Shown here one piece after another: positions 29,573 through 40,179 of a DNA stretch of 64,000 bases. The position numbers and the translations under genes were made by a program. Below the pieces are notes generated by a model. The model worked only from the letters and a program-made list of their open reading frames with translations. It ran no database searches and was not told where the DNA came from. Source of the stretch: a virus; the IMG/VR virus record IMGVR_UViG_3300006947_000007, positions 18,406 to 82,405 of that record; one strand, written 5' to 3'. The stretch's first letter is position 1; each line of letters begins with the position of its first letter.

Positions 29573-30068
29573 TCTCTCTCCGGTATAGAACTTCATCAAG
29601 TGATATCGGTGTGGCATTTATTTGCTCAACTGATACATTAACATACCTTTGATCAGGCAAAACTTGATCATGTATGTGTCCGTGTATATTAGCATCAAAT
29701 CTTAACAACTGTTGCGGGTGAACAGGGATATGTGTTAATATCATTTTATAGAGTTCAAATGCCCCACGAATGTCTTTAAAATACTTCATGTAATCTTTTA
29801 CAGCAAATTGATCATGGTTACCTTTTATAAGAACTTTATTACCATTTAGTTGTTCAAGTATAGCTAACTTCCTTCTAGGAAATGCTACATCACCTAAATG
29901 ATAAACTCTATCGTGTGGTTTAACAACACTATTCCATCTCTCGACCATGACAGCATCACCTTCCTCAGAGTTGTCAGCAAAATTTCTAACTCGTCTACCA
30001 TCTTCGTGGGTAAAATGATATACAGCTTCGTGCCCGAAGTGTGTGTCACCTATAAAGAATCTTTCCAT
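29559..30068 (-). CDS. calcineurin-like metallophosphoesterase
   Basis: DTHFGH, GD, GNHD, THIP, HGHIH. Confidence 0.9.
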   Translation of the reverse strand: MERFFIGDTHFGHEAVYHFTHEDGRRVRNFADNSEEGDAVMVERWNSVVKPHDRVYHLGDVAFPRRKLAILEQLNGNKVLIKGNHDQFAVKDYMKYFKDIRGAFELYKMILTHIPVHPQQLLRFDANIHGHIHDQVLPDQRYVNVSVEQINATPISLDEVLYRRENEQK

Positions 30069-30184
30069 TTTAGTATCCTATTTGAGTTTACTTTCTTTTA
30101 GTCGTTTAAGTTTAGCAACTAACTTGTCAGTTTCATTTAATGCCCTTACGACATCTTTGGGATTATTTTTTAAACTGTTAAAAC

Positions 30185-30526
30185 TCATGATTCTTCTTCA
30201 GTGTGTCTTCCGCCATCGAATACACATACAAAATAAATACCACCTGGTCCTGCTTCAACTTTATGAAACACTCCGTCCTCAATCAGAACCATTTCGCCCT
30301 CTTTAACCAAAAACCTATCGTCATCTATTGTCATCCAACCGTTGCCTTTAATAAACATATACACTTCTTCTTGTCCTTCGTGTTTATGTCCATTAGTAGA
30401 TCTATTTGCTTTAAGACTTGTAGAACTTACAACGAGGTTTTTAAGAGAAGTATTATCAGTAACTGTATACCTGGCGTCTTTCTTAACTACTTCGCCACCT
30501 ACATCATTTATTTTAACTTTAAGCAT
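30185..30526 (-). CDS. cupin-domain protein
   Basis: HKHEGQEEVY...GVFHKV. Confidence 0.82.
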   Translation of the reverse strand: MLKVKINDVGGEVVKKDARYTVTDNTSLKNLVVSSTSLKANRSTNGHKHEGQEEVYMFIKGNGWMTIDDDRFLVKEGEMVLIEDGVFHKVEAGPGGIYFVCVFDGGRHTEEES

Positions 30527-30830
30527 CTGGTTCTATTCTATCTATGGCGCCCGGTGCCCAGGCACTATTCTTAGTAGCTGACTCTTCAGTACGGGCTTCG
30601 TTGGCTTTTATCATCTTCTTCCATTCAGGTGAATCAAATCCGTAATTCTTCTTTGATGATGCTTCAACCTTATTAATTAATCTTAAAATACCCACAGACA
30701 TTTCAGCTCTGCCTTCATTAAGTTGTTCAGTACCATCAGTAACTTCAACACCTTCTTCTAGAATTTCAATCTCTTCGAGGCAGGTCATTTTTACTGCTTC
30801 AATTATTTCTTTTGCTTTTTCTAAATCCAT
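30519..30830 (-). CDS. hypothetical protein
   Basis: GGAG RBS, operon. Confidence 0.55.
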   Translation of the reverse strand: MDLEKAKEIIEAVKMTCLEEIEILEEGVEVTDGTEQLNEGRAEMSVGILRLINKVEASSKKNYGFDSPEWKKMIKANEARTEESATKNSAWAPGAIDRIEPDA

Positions 30831-30833
30831 TTC

Positions 30834-31139
30834 TTACTCCTCTATGTAAACTGAAAACCGTTCAGCCATCGCTTTAGTACAGTCGTTCATCCATAAGTTC
30901 TTAGGTCTAGGTCCTCTATATCTAATTCTTTTCCTTTGAATGGGCATTGTATTTAACAGTTGTATAACCGACGAATGTAGATTCATTGGCACATTTTTAA
31001 AAGTAGATCGTTCATCTTCAGGACTAAAATACTGCTCAAGTATCGAGTGTTCGTCTATAGTTAAACAACTAAACATTAAAAATTTAAAATTATTGCTTGT
31101 CATAATCTTTCCATCTAAATTCATCTTTCGACCATTCAT
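30834..31139 (-). CDS. hypothetical protein
   Basis: RIRYRGPR...AERFSVY; start probably internal. Confidence 0.5.
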   Translation of the reverse strand: MNGRKMNLDGKIMTSNNFKFLMFSCLTIDEHSILEQYFSPEDERSTFKNVPMNLHSSVIQLLNTMPIQRKRIRYRGPRPKNLWMNDCTKAMAERFSVYIEE

Positions 31140-31479
31140 GATCTTCGTAGTTTAGAAACTCCTCGTTAGTTTCAATGTCAACATCTTCATAAGGAACACA
31201 TTCAGCAATTTTTTCTGATGACGAAGTGTCAGCAAAGTTAAAGTCTGAGGAATACACTTCTAAAGGAGTATCTGGACTAAAACCTTCTTCCCATACTATT
31301 TCCTCTATGCCACCTAGTTCGATTACAGCCTTCTCGGCTTCTTCTTTAGAGGTAGCAATTACATCATATGTAACTTGAGCATTATAATACTGCCTAACTC
31401 TAAACTTTTGCTTACCTATGTCCTTGTGTGGATCATCTTTTTTATAAGTTCCGTCTATTATTTTTACTTCTTCAGTCAT
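31090..31479 (-). CDS. hypothetical acidic protein
   Basis: Coupled to ligase stop. Confidence 0.55.
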   Translation of the reverse strand: MTEEVKIIDGTYKKDDPHKDIGKQKFRVRQYYNAQVTYDVIATSKEEAEKAVIELGGIEEIVWEEGFSPDTPLEVYSSDFNFADTSSSEKIAECVPYEDVDIETNEEFLNYEDHEWSKDEFRWKDYDKQ

Positions 31480-32816
31480 TATAGCTTCTCCCCTACTTCA
31501 AAGCCTCTAAAAGTTTTAAACCTTGGAAACCTTAAACTAAATGTTCCGTCTTGGTTCTGTGTAACAGCGTCGGCTCTAACTTCCGCTACTTGCCCAATTA
31601 ATGCTTGTTTGTCTTCCCAAAAACTATCTCTTTGGGCATCACTTAAACCACTACCAACATTAACTTTAATATCTTTGCCATCATCTGTACCTTCACAAAC
31701 TAAAGCACCTAACTTACCTTCAAGTCTACCTGTGCCTTCTTCAGTTGACATAACAGTTAATGATACTTCAATGAAAGGTTTCATCTTTAACCAACTATGA
31801 CTCCTCTTACAAGTATAACCTGCTTCAATGTCTTTAATCATTACGCCTTCGTAACCACCTTCAACTGCTAGTTTGTTAATCTCTGTAAACCTTGCTTCGC
31901 CCTCTGGCGTATCCAAATTAACATCTTCCCACTCTAACCCACTAACATGAGGAAGTGCTTCGCTGTTTGATTCAACCCAGTCTTTAATGCTTTTACTTCG
32001 CAAGTTTTGGGATATGTTCCACAAACCTTTTTTAAAGTCTGCTAAAGGAATTAGGTCAAACAAGTATAGCACGGCATCTATTGCTCCTGCTGAACTCTTT
32101 CTATGAACTTGTTTCATTAAATCTTGAAAGTTATCACTCATAACCTCACCATCTAATACCATGTCCTCATCAAAGTCTGCTACTGCTTTAATTTCCTCAC
32201 ATATGTGATCGAAGTTATTAAACTGTTTGCCATTTCTACTAAACATTTCAACAGTACCACCATTTGCTTTACTTTTAACAATAGTAATAACTCTTACTCC
32301 GTCTAGCTTAATTTCGATTTGCTTAGTGCCACTCATTTTCTTTTCATGGTTAGCAGAATCATGTGCTAACTGACAAGTAAATGTAGGAATAATATACTGT
32401 GGTGCCTTTGCTTTCTTGGCTACATTGTTAATAGTCTTTTCACTTGTACCACATTTAAAGTCTTTAATAAGAATAAGTCTATACCAATCGTTCCATTGTT
32501 CGATTGTAGCCCTGTTCATAATCTCAATAATTTTGTCCCTAGCATCGTGTCCTGTTAGTTCTCTATTTTGTAAAGGAGTTGCTAGTTCTGTAACAAAGTC
32601 AGTCCAAACAAGGCCTACACCCTCGTTCTCAGTTTTTTCTGGAACTTGTTTAACACCAAATGTAACAAGTTTATCTAGCGTTAGTTTAGCACCAGCAAAG
32701 AATACTTCATTCTCAGAACCAATCTCACCTAGTATAACAGTTTCTTTAAATATTCTACTGTTATCAGATCTAAGTTTTTGTATTACTTGCCAAGATTCCA
32801 TTTTATATAAATTCAT
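31479..32816 (-). CDS. ATP-dependent DNA ligase
   Basis: KLDGVR, LDGE, EGVMIK, WLKMK, LRFPRF; start at ATG after AGGAG. Confidence 0.93.
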   Translation of the reverse strand: MNLYKMESWQVIQKLRSDNSRIFKETVILGEIGSENEVFFAGAKLTLDKLVTFGVKQVPEKTENEGVGLVWTDFVTELATPLQNRELTGHDARDKIIEIMNRATIEQWNDWYRLILIKDFKCGTSEKTINNVAKKAKAPQYIIPTFTCQLAHDSANHEKKMSGTKQIEIKLDGVRVITIVKSKANGGTVEMFSRNGKQFNNFDHICEEIKAVADFDEDMVLDGEVMSDNFQDLMKQVHRKSSAGAIDAVLYLFDLIPLADFKKGLWNISQNLRSKSIKDWVESNSEALPHVSGLEWEDVNLDTPEGEARFTEINKLAVEGGYEGVMIKDIEAGYTCKRSHSWLKMKPFIEVSLTVMSTEEGTGRLEGKLGALVCEGTDDGKDIKVNVGSGLSDAQRDSFWEDKQALIGQVAEVRADAVTQNQDGTFSLRFPRFKTFRGFEVGEKL

Positions 32817-32824
32817 ACAGTCTC

Positions 32825-33163
32825 CTATTTCAAGTAAAGTGGGCCAGTCCAACGAACTGTATAGCCACCGTCTAATATGTTGCCACGTGCCTTGTTTAAA
32901 GCAGGAGCATTCCAACCCGCCGCTTTAAGGATATCACCTTTTTTAAAATGTTTAAAGTCTGCCTTAACAACGAATCCCCAAACAGTATTATCTCTAATAA
33001 TTTTGATATACTTACTGCCTTCTGTAACAGTAGTTTGTTCATCAAAGTTGTTAACTTGGTCTAACATATAACCACTTAGTTGTTCCTTGCCGTTTCGCGT
33101 AGCGAACCTAATGTAGTCTTTCTTGATTGCTTTTTTTAAGTGTTTAATTGCTTGTTCTAACAT
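32825..33163 (-). CDS. conserved early phage protein
   Basis: GDILKAAGWNAPA..ARGNI; directly downstream of early promoter. Confidence 0.65.
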   Translation of the reverse strand: MLEQAIKHLKKAIKKDYIRFATRNGKEQLSGYMLDQVNNFDEQTTVTEGSKYIKIIRDNTVWGFVVKADFKHFKKGDILKAAGWNAPALNKARGNILDGGYTVRWTGPLYLK

Positions 33164-33198
33164 AATTTATTCCTTATCTTTTATTAACTATACTATGT

Positions 33199-33266
33199 AT
33201 TATACACTCATTAAGGCCAAAAGTCAACCAAAAAAGCATCTTATTTGCCACGGTAAGTCATTGATA
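33199..33266 (-). promoter_or_regulatory. early promoter with upstream IHF-consensus site
   Basis: TATCAATGACTTA-N26-TTGACT-N17-TATAAT. Confidence 0.8.
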
Positions 33267-33291
33267 CTACTACATTTTCAATCTTTTTTTG

Positions 33292-33324
33292 GTTTTGGCC
33301 TACGTTTTGGCCTACGTTTTGGCG
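33292..33324. repeat. 12-bp tandem repeat (GTTTTGGCCTAC x ~2.7)
   Basis: Read directly; overlaps stop codon of 33312..33998. Confidence 0.8.
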
Positions 33325-33998
33325 AAATTTGACAGTAATTCGTCGTTTCGGGTGGAGTATAAGTCAATCCAATACTGTAAAGTATCTAGTTGTGCTTCGC
33401 TTATAGTTGTAGATAGTGTAAAGTTAATAAACTTCCTAACTGTTTCTCTGTAACAAAATGTGTATAAGTCATCAGCTTCTATCGTACAAAGAGGTAAGTT
33501 CTTTCGTACTGCTTTGTTATTGGTCGTCCATTGGTCTGGATCATAATCAGGAACATGGCCGTTCTTTATTTGAAATAGTCTATAAAACTTCTTTGCCATT
33601 TCGTCTGTCGAGCCTAGGTGAAATATTATATTAATGTTACTGAAATGGTCCTCTAACCATGTAGGATAAGAATGTATAACACCAAAGTGTATTGCTCCAT
33701 CCTTTGCTATTATATCATCAAAGTATTTCAGTCTTTCTTCTGTTGTTTCTATATTGTATTGATCATTCCACGATGTGCCGCCCAACGTTATATTCTTCTT
33801 AGCCGGCCCGGGTGTATTAAATTCAAGTCCATGTGTCCATGTGTCCCATCTATTCTTAAAATCTTGCTTAGTTGAGTGGATTGGTGTCTGTCCCAGCTTG
33901 TATTCTTGTTCGCTCATGATCATATGCTGTAGGAACATTAAAAAGTGAGTTCCTGCGCCTTCTGTTATAATGCTCATTGTTACAGGGGCATTATTCAT
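33312..33998 (-). CDS. sulfotransferase-like P-loop protein (GAGxxFL family)
   Basis: EGAGTHFL; C-terminal Y..RNDELL. Confidence 0.4.
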   Translation of the reverse strand: MNNAPVTMSIITEGAGTHFLMFLQHMIMSEQEYKLGQTPIHSTKQDFKNRWDTWTHGLEFNTPGPAKKNITLGGTSWNDQYNIETTEERLKYFDDIIAKDGAIHFGVIHSYPTWLEDHFSNINIIFHLGSTDEMAKKFYRLFQIKNGHVPDYDPDQWTTNNKAVRKNLPLCTIEADDLYTFCYRETVRKFINFTLSTTISEAQLDTLQYWIDLYSTRNDELLSNFAKT

Positions 33999-34677
33999 TT
34001 AACAATTCCTTATTAAGTTTTGTATATGTTTTGATCATTTCACATATGGGGTCTAATCGTTCTTGATTGATATCGTTATAAGGTAACGTGTTTATTAGAA
34101 ACTTTTCTATTTCATTGTTATTAATCTCAAAGAAAAACTTCTTATATGATATCATAGTGTTGGGCGGATACAATTCAAATGCTGTTTCGTTTATTTTAAA
34201 TATTCTATTAAGGTACTCGTGATCTAATATTTTATTAGGGTTCAAGCATTCTTCGTTGTTTTTTATATGGCCTTTTACTCGAGCTAACTTTTGAACAAAT
34301 TCCTGTGTCTCGATGTCCTCAACATTTACTGCAATTTCGTGAGTAATATGCTTCCATTGTTGTTCTATACCAACCGGGAAAGTATGCTGGAGCAACATAG
34401 TATTTGTTATAATATTTTTGGACAGATCCCTGTAAAGTTCTTGACTCTTAACAACATCAAATCCAGTGGCTCTGGGCAGAGGTAATGACATCATAGGCAT
34501 ATCTTGTTGTAAGTGCCACACATTAAATGGTTTCTCTTCGTCCCAGATATTTCCTATGGGGAAGTCGGCTTCTTCTTTATACGGAACAATATCTCGATAG
34601 TATGCCTGTAAGTATCCTAAAAAAGATTTACCAGCACCCGCAGGAACTGTACATATATAAAGATGGTTATCATTCAT
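33991..34677 (-). CDS. sulfotransferase-like P-loop protein (GAGxxFL family)
   Basis: PAGAGKSFLGYLQ; ISYKKFF; ICEMIKTYTKLN. Confidence 0.45.
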   Translation of the reverse strand: MNDNHLYICTVPAGAGKSFLGYLQAYYRDIVPYKEEADFPIGNIWDEEKPFNVWHLQQDMPMMSLPLPRATGFDVVKSQELYRDLSKNIITNTMLLQHTFPVGIEQQWKHITHEIAVNVEDIETQEFVQKLARVKGHIKNNEECLNPNKILDHEYLNRIFKINETAFELYPPNTMISYKKFFFEINNNEIEKFLINTLPYNDINQERLDPICEMIKTYTKLNKELLNE

Positions 34678-35650
34678 CCAAAGTGCTCCATTTATGTGAC
34701 GTTAATACTTTGTTGCTCACTAGGTGCCAGTTTTTCATTATTTTAAGATTTGTATCGTGGTATCTTTTTAATAAATCTTGACACGTTGATATCATATTAT
34801 CAGATGTGTCTGCCCCGGTAGTTGCTTGTAGGAATCGCTTAACAGTATTATAATCTTGATCAATAATCAACTCTGAGTAACTTATCTTAATTTTCGGCTT
34901 CATTCCGTATTTTCTAGCTATACAATATATCTTCCATTCAGTATTACATCGTTCGAGATTAGTTGAAATACTGTGTATAGGGACCGGTGGTGTTTTGTTA
35001 CTATTATCCATAAACCTACGAACAGTCTTTCCGCCCAGATCTCCGTTGGCTGCATGTTTCAATGATGCTAAAAAATGGGTCCAAACAAATGTTTTGATAT
35101 CCATATCGAGGAAAAAGACACATTCTGTTTCAACAAAAAATGGCAATGTTAATAGATCAGTGTGGACTTGTAGCTCGTGGGTTTCTGTAAAACGCAATAC
35201 AAATGATATAAATTTAGACCAGGTCTGCTCCCACGTGGTATGCCTGTTTACTAAGTCCATAACATCCTGTTCTAAGTCTGCTGTTCGTTTTTGTCCGTGT
35301 ATTGGATTTTTTGTAAGTTCTTTAAAATTAAGCCCGTAAATATCGTCCCATAAGTTGATTTTTCTATTCTCGGGGCTGATAGCCTCAATTTCGATCTCAC
35401 CTTTTGCTAACTCCTGAAGCACTCCTAAAAAACTGCCACCTGCACCGTATGGAGCAATCGAATAACATAATTTAATATCTCTATGCGGATTTAATTCAAA
35501 TAGTTTGAAGTGATTCTTTGGATGTCGAGTTTGTATCTCATTTCGCAAAGAACTTTCAGTAGCATTCATAAGTTGAGGTAGACCTATAGCACAGACATAC
35601 TTGTCAAAGTCTTGAAGTTGTTCCTGGCATTCTATTATTCTATGTTTCAT
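34670..35650 (-). CDS. sulfotransferase-like P-loop protein (GAGxxFL family)
   Basis: YGAGGSFLGVLQ; ISYSELI; YHDTN. Confidence 0.45.
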   Translation of the reverse strand: MKHRIIECQEQLQDFDKYVCAIGLPQLMNATESSLRNEIQTRHPKNHFKLFELNPHRDIKLCYSIAPYGAGGSFLGVLQELAKGEIEIEAISPENRKINLWDDIYGLNFKELTKNPIHGQKRTADLEQDVMDLVNRHTTWEQTWSKFISFVLRFTETHELQVHTDLLTLPFFVETECVFFLDMDIKTFVWTHFLASLKHAANGDLGGKTVRRFMDNSNKTPPVPIHSISTNLERCNTEWKIYCIARKYGMKPKIKISYSELIIDQDYNTVKRFLQATTGADTSDNMISTCQDLLKRYHDTNLKIMKNWHLVSNKVLTSHKWSTLDE

Positions 35651-36035
35651 CTACTGGCTCACTAATTACTCTCCGCCAGCTGAGACCGTTGTAGAAATAT
35701 AGATCTTGTGTGTCGGAACAATACATTACCTGGCCAGGTAATGCTGGAAATGGTAAATTGCCAGACCTAGTAGGTTTTAATGCTATATGATTTGTTACTA
35801 TACTGTTGGCATCAAATTCGTTGAATACAACAACTTCTCCAGATGCCTTAACTACTAATTTGTTATCGTTATTTTTATCAGCTACAGATAGTATAGCCAA
35901 TGACTTAGGATACGTTGGGTCACCTGCCTTAATCCTAAGACCCATTCCTGCGTCATTTATATTATGTATAGTTAAGCCGTAGTCTTCTGTGCTAATATCT
36001 ATTATTGATTCTGGTAAGTCCTTCCTCTCACTCAT
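35640..36035 (-). CDS. hypothetical protein with tail-fibre-like repeat
   Basis: GQVMYCSDTQDLYFYNGLSW; start reassigned to MSERK. Confidence 0.45.
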   Translation of the reverse strand: MSERKDLPESIIDISTEDYGLTIHNINDAGMGLRIKAGDPTYPKSLAILSVADKNNDNKLVVKASGEVVVFNEFDANSIVTNHIALKPTRSGNLPFPALPGQVMYCSDTQDLYFYNGLSWRRVISEPVDET

Positions 36036-37185
36036 AACTAGTGTCTCCCGGAAACAATGGTAATTTAGTTCCTGGTGCTCGTTTAGGTATCTTACTATCT
36101 GCTGAACTAACACATGAAGGACTAATACAAGGCATAGGTTTACTAAACAACTTAAAGCCTGTTTCAATGTTTCCTAACGGTACATCCTTGCAACTGTAAC
36201 TTCTTTTTACACTACCATCCGGTTCTCTAATAATAATACTACGATACCCTGAACTACATTCCCAGTCGGTGAACTTATTAAAGTTAAAAGCATTAAATCT
36301 TTCTGCTTGATCCATGTACCATTCCTTATGATTACTATCCTTAAACTCTACTTGGAAGTGTTGTGGCACACTCTCCTCACCAAAGTTTTTATATATAGGA
36401 TCAGGTGCTCTCATAAATGTAGGTGTGGGTCTTTCTACATTTATATTTTTAGATTCAGTAAATGCCCGCTGTGGCATTCCGTTGTGTAACCTTTCAAGCA
36501 TGTCTTTAGTGTAACCGTCGACAACCTTAGACGCTGTTGGATCTGATTGAGGCTTGAGCGTAACGTTAATACCTCTATTGTGGAAATATAACGATTCTTC
36601 CCATAGGTCTTCGAACCATTCGGGAACCATAACTTGGTTAATTGTGACTTGGACATCGTGTTCCTGGACGAAGCAAAGTTTATCGGCGAAGTCTTCTCGT
36701 TTCTCTTGTGTGTTAACGTGTTCCCTGTGGTATGAGGCTGTAATACTGGCTCTATGGAACGCTGATACAATTTTGACATATTTTTCAAACCATTTCATAT
36801 TTCTCGACATGTTCGTAGTCATGTGTACACTAGTAAAATTAGTGTTGCTTACGTCATCTGCCAAGTGTTTCATTATATCTAAATAGCCAGGATGGAACGT
36901 TGGTTCACCTCCACTTAAACTAAAGTGAAAACTGTTAAATCCACGTTCACGTGCTTGGCGCTTAATCTCATCAACTGTTGTTAAACATAACTCAGTAGGC
37001 CTGAAATCTTTCTTATCACTTCTAGCATACGGCCAACAGTAAGAACATTTGTAGTTACAAAAACGTCCTAGTAACCAACTAACTGAAAACATATCTCTAT
37101 ACAGCATAGTTCGTTGTCCTACTCTAACTAAATCGTCAAAGGGGACTTTACTAAAATCGTAGTTGCTCCATTTTAAATCATTCAT
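36028..37185 (-). CDS. radical SAM protein
   Basis: CNYKCSYC, SGGEPT, C-terminal C..G...C...C.C cluster. Confidence 0.9.
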   Translation of the reverse strand: MNDLKWSNYDFSKVPFDDLVRVGQRTMLYRDMFSVSWLLGRFCNYKCSYCWPYARSDKKDFRPTELCLTTVDEIKRQARERGFNSFHFSLSGGEPTFHPGYLDIMKHLADDVSNTNFTSVHMTTNMSRNMKWFEKYVKIVSAFHRASITASYHREHVNTQEKREDFADKLCFVQEHDVQVTINQVMVPEWFEDLWEESLYFHNRGINVTLKPQSDPTASKVVDGYTKDMLERLHNGMPQRAFTESKNINVERPTPTFMRAPDPIYKNFGEESVPQHFQVEFKDSNHKEWYMDQAERFNAFNFNKFTDWECSSGYRSIIIREPDGSVKRSYSCKDVPLGNIETGFKLFSKPMPCISPSCVSSADSKIPKRAPGTKLPLFPGDTSYE

Positions 37186-38362
37186 TTAATAACTCCTTTG
37201 CCCACGGAAACATATCTCGATACTTAATGGGGTTATTAAAATCCCATAGTTGAACACTCGTATATAGTTCACGGCGTTCTTGGTTAGTAATTTCCCGTAC
37301 ATCATTCTTTATCCGATGAAGTAGTGTATGGTAACTGTTGCTAACATTTGTGGGGAAAGCAAAGTTGTCTAGTTGTTCTATTAGATTAGTTCGATACTTC
37401 ATCGGAATTAGTTCCCAATTAAGGCAGGTAGGATAGTCGATATCATTCCATTCGATTTTACAAGTGATATTATCTTCTTTAATCCAGTTGAAAAACTCAA
37501 CGATTCCGAACAAATTTAAATGACTCCAACACGGTGTAATAGAAGTTGTTATTCCGTGCTCTAATAATATATTGTAATTTCTTTTTACTGATTTCCATCT
37601 TACTGGATAGCGTTGATATTCGATCCATTTGTCTACACCATCTATGCTACAGCCGATACTGGCACTATCGAATTGTTTAAGTATATCTAAGACATAAGTT
37701 TTCACTGTAGTACAGTTTGTTAAGAAGAACGTATGTAAGTCTGTGCGGCCCGCTTTGATTAGTTTTATTAATAGTTCTTCTACTTCTGGCATTACAAACG
37801 GTTCACCACCAGCAAATTTTATTTCTTTAATATTCTCATTGTTTAAAATAAATTCATATAAGCCTTTAACAGGATCAATATAACCAACACTACTGTAATA
37901 TACAGCATTTTCATCCTTAGCAAATTGAATATCTAAAACGCCTGCCTCTGTAGCTGATACTATATTCTTTGCTATTTGGTCACTGTTGCCGGAGTAACAC
38001 ATCTTACATTGTAAGTTACATTTATTCGAAAGACGCACATCTATTATTTCTAATACAGGAGTATCAAAAGGATCTATTCTGCGTTCTTTATATAATTTAT
38101 TTGATTCTTGCCTTTTAGATATAGATCCACTGTCTTCTAATTTCCAACATGACACACAGCTCGACGGCCTAGTATCTGTTAGAAACTCATGCCGTATATT
38201 ATTTAATCCCTCATCAGTATGGAACCAGTTGTTCGATCCGCTAAGAGGTGTTCCCTTGTAACTATCTGTTTGTATACAGCAAGACTTATATCCGGGTGTA
38301 GTGTCGCCCGAATTATGATCTATATATAGTTCTCTGAACGGGATATAACAAAAGTTTTTCAT
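37178..38362 (-). CDS. radical SAM protein with N-terminal twitch domain
   Basis: FCYIPF..SCC..CVSC; CNLQCKMC; GGEP. Confidence 0.9.
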   Translation of the reverse strand: MKNFCYIPFRELYIDHNSGDTTPGYKSCCIQTDSYKGTPLSGSNNWFHTDEGLNNIRHEFLTDTRPSSCVSCWKLEDSGSISKRQESNKLYKERRIDPFDTPVLEIIDVRLSNKCNLQCKMCYSGNSDQIAKNIVSATEAGVLDIQFAKDENAVYYSSVGYIDPVKGLYEFILNNENIKEIKFAGGEPFVMPEVEELLIKLIKAGRTDLHTFFLTNCTTVKTYVLDILKQFDSASIGCSIDGVDKWIEYQRYPVRWKSVKRNYNILLEHGITTSITPCWSHLNLFGIVEFFNWIKEDNITCKIEWNDIDYPTCLNWELIPMKYRTNLIEQLDNFAFPTNVSNSYHTLLHRIKNDVREITNQERRELYTSVQLWDFNNPIKYRDMFPWAKELLNE

Positions 38363-39135
38363 AGTGTCCTCATAAACGATATCCTCACGCCACCTTTCAT
38401 AATAAAATTACCTGCGGTAGATTCGTGTACTTGCGCGGTGTCGAATACAAGTAACGACCCCGGTGACCATTTAAAATCCCTTTCAATTGTTAGTCCTTTA
38501 TGGTATTCTTTATCAGTTATTCCTATCCTGGCCATCTCTTTTTGTTTCATTTTCTCATCACCAATAACAGTAGGTCTGCGATTAACATCGTACACATCCT
38601 TAATAGCAGTATAATCTGTTGAGGAGTCGTAGTGCGAAGTAGGCACAGTTGAGCCGTGATCTAATGTTGTGCCTACATCTGCTATACGTTGATCATAGAA
38701 TACTATACGGCAGTTGCTAGTGTCTGGTTGTAAGTATAGTGGGATTAATACACTCTTGTAGGGTGTATTTTGATGTTCCCAAGCACCGCGTTCTGGCATG
38801 TCAGTATGTATACCGTATTGGTGCGGTGTGTGAAAGAAATTACCCTGTACGCTAGTAACAATGTCAAAATCAATATACTGTGATAACTTTTCTTTTAGGA
38901 TATTAACTAATTCGTCAAAGTTCCCTGCTGTCATTAGCAATCCACTAGTGTTTCCTAGCATCCACTCATCTGTTTTATTGTACATAAAATCTGTTAGTGT
39001 TTCTAATTCATCTTCTGAAAACATATCTTCATGACATTCGGCTACAGAGAAGTATTTTGTTAATTCATCGGGATATTCGGAACGCCACTTATGATCAGCG
39101 TGTGCTTTAAGTTCGGTATTATGTCCTATAGTCAT
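38359..39135 (-). CDS. 2OG-Fe(II) oxygenase-like protein
   Basis: GIHTD, LIPL, WSPGSLLVFD..QVH. Confidence 0.6.
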   Translation of the reverse strand: MTIGHNTELKAHADHKWRSEYPDELTKYFSVAECHEDMFSEDELETLTDFMYNKTDEWMLGNTSGLLMTAGNFDELVNILKEKLSQYIDFDIVTSVQGNFFHTPHQYGIHTDMPERGAWEHQNTPYKSVLIPLYLQPDTSNCRIVFYDQRIADVGTTLDHGSTVPTSHYDSSTDYTAIKDVYDVNRRPTVIGDEKMKQKEMARIGITDKEYHKGLTIERDFKWSPGSLLVFDTAQVHESTAGNFIMKGGVRISFMRTL

Positions 39136-40178
39136 ACTGCTACCCAGGCCTCTTCTTGCTCTATGTGGTTATTCATTGTCCATGCATTGCCCTTACATAC
39201 ATTCCAGCATACTTTATATTCACAACCACTTTTCTTTTCCCATTCCTCCTTAAACTGTTCAAATACACCATGTTGTAATATAAACTGTAGTGTATTCTTT
39301 TCTGCTAAGTTAAATCCTTTATTATAATGATTAAACAAATAAGGATTATCTGTTTTAAATTGTTCTGGATAACCGATGTGGCTTTTACAATAACGTTGAC
39401 TAGTATAACAGCAAGGCCATATTCGTCCTTCACCGTTTAAATAAATTCTACTTAATTCTAAGGATTTACAACCTATGGCTTGATCGTTTGTCACTACATC
39501 AACTGTGTTTGCTCGTATATCTTCTGCTTGTGCAGTTGTATATTTAACTCCATTAGCACCCGGATGCGAGTTTAATGATTTGTATAATGCAGGTGGTGGT
39601 CTCATGCTCATTCTAGAATCAAATCTAGCAAACCTATAAGACTTTGCTAATTGACTAGCTTCTGTTGTTTGGTGTTTGTTATGCTCAAATATTAGCCATT
39701 TCCATGTTGCCTTGCCGCCTGCTTCAATAAACGTTGTAAAGTTTTGTTTAAGTTTTGTCCAATCTACATTAACTCTGTATATGTGATTAGTATCTTCTAG
39801 TCCGTCTATGCTAAATGTACAGTCAACTCTAGGTATCTTTGCGAGTTTTTGCCAAAACTCATTGCTTCTAAGTCCACCATTAGTATCTATAAACACTTTA
39901 CTAACACCCAAGTCCACCCATGTCTGAATACCTTCTAGTATCCTAGGGTTCATTAACGGATCGCCTAGATTACCGCATAGGTGTATTTCTAATTCGTTTA
40001 TATTAGGTATTTGTTTAATTACTTTTGTTACTATGTCAACATCTAGATGTTCTTCAATTAAATTGGGTAATTTATCACTGGTTCCCCAATAATGTCTACT
40101 ACAGCCAGGGCATGCCGCATTACAGTATGTAGATAATTCTACTTCTAATTGTTTTATTTTATCTAGTTCAATAAACAT
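39132..40178 (-). CDS. radical SAM protein with C-terminal SPASM/twitch domain
   Basis: CNAACPGC, GNLGDP, IWPCC...CWNVC; paralog of 8579..9874. Confidence 0.9.
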   Translation of the reverse strand: MFIELDKIKQLEVELSTYCNAACPGCSRHYWGTSDKLPNLIEEHLDVDIVTKVIKQIPNINELEIHLCGNLGDPLMNPRILEGIQTWVDLGVSKVFIDTNGGLRSNEFWQKLAKIPRVDCTFSIDGLEDTNHIYRVNVDWTKLKQNFTTFIEAGGKATWKWLIFEHNKHQTTEASQLAKSYRFARFDSRMSMRPPPALYKSLNSHPGANGVKYTTAQAEDIRANTVDVVTNDQAIGCKSLELSRIYLNGEGRIWPCCYTSQRYCKSHIGYPEQFKTDNPYLFNHYNKGFNLAEKNTLQFILQHGVFEQFKEEWEKKSGCEYKVCWNVCKGNAWTMNNHIEQEEAWVAV

Positions 40179-40179
40179 G

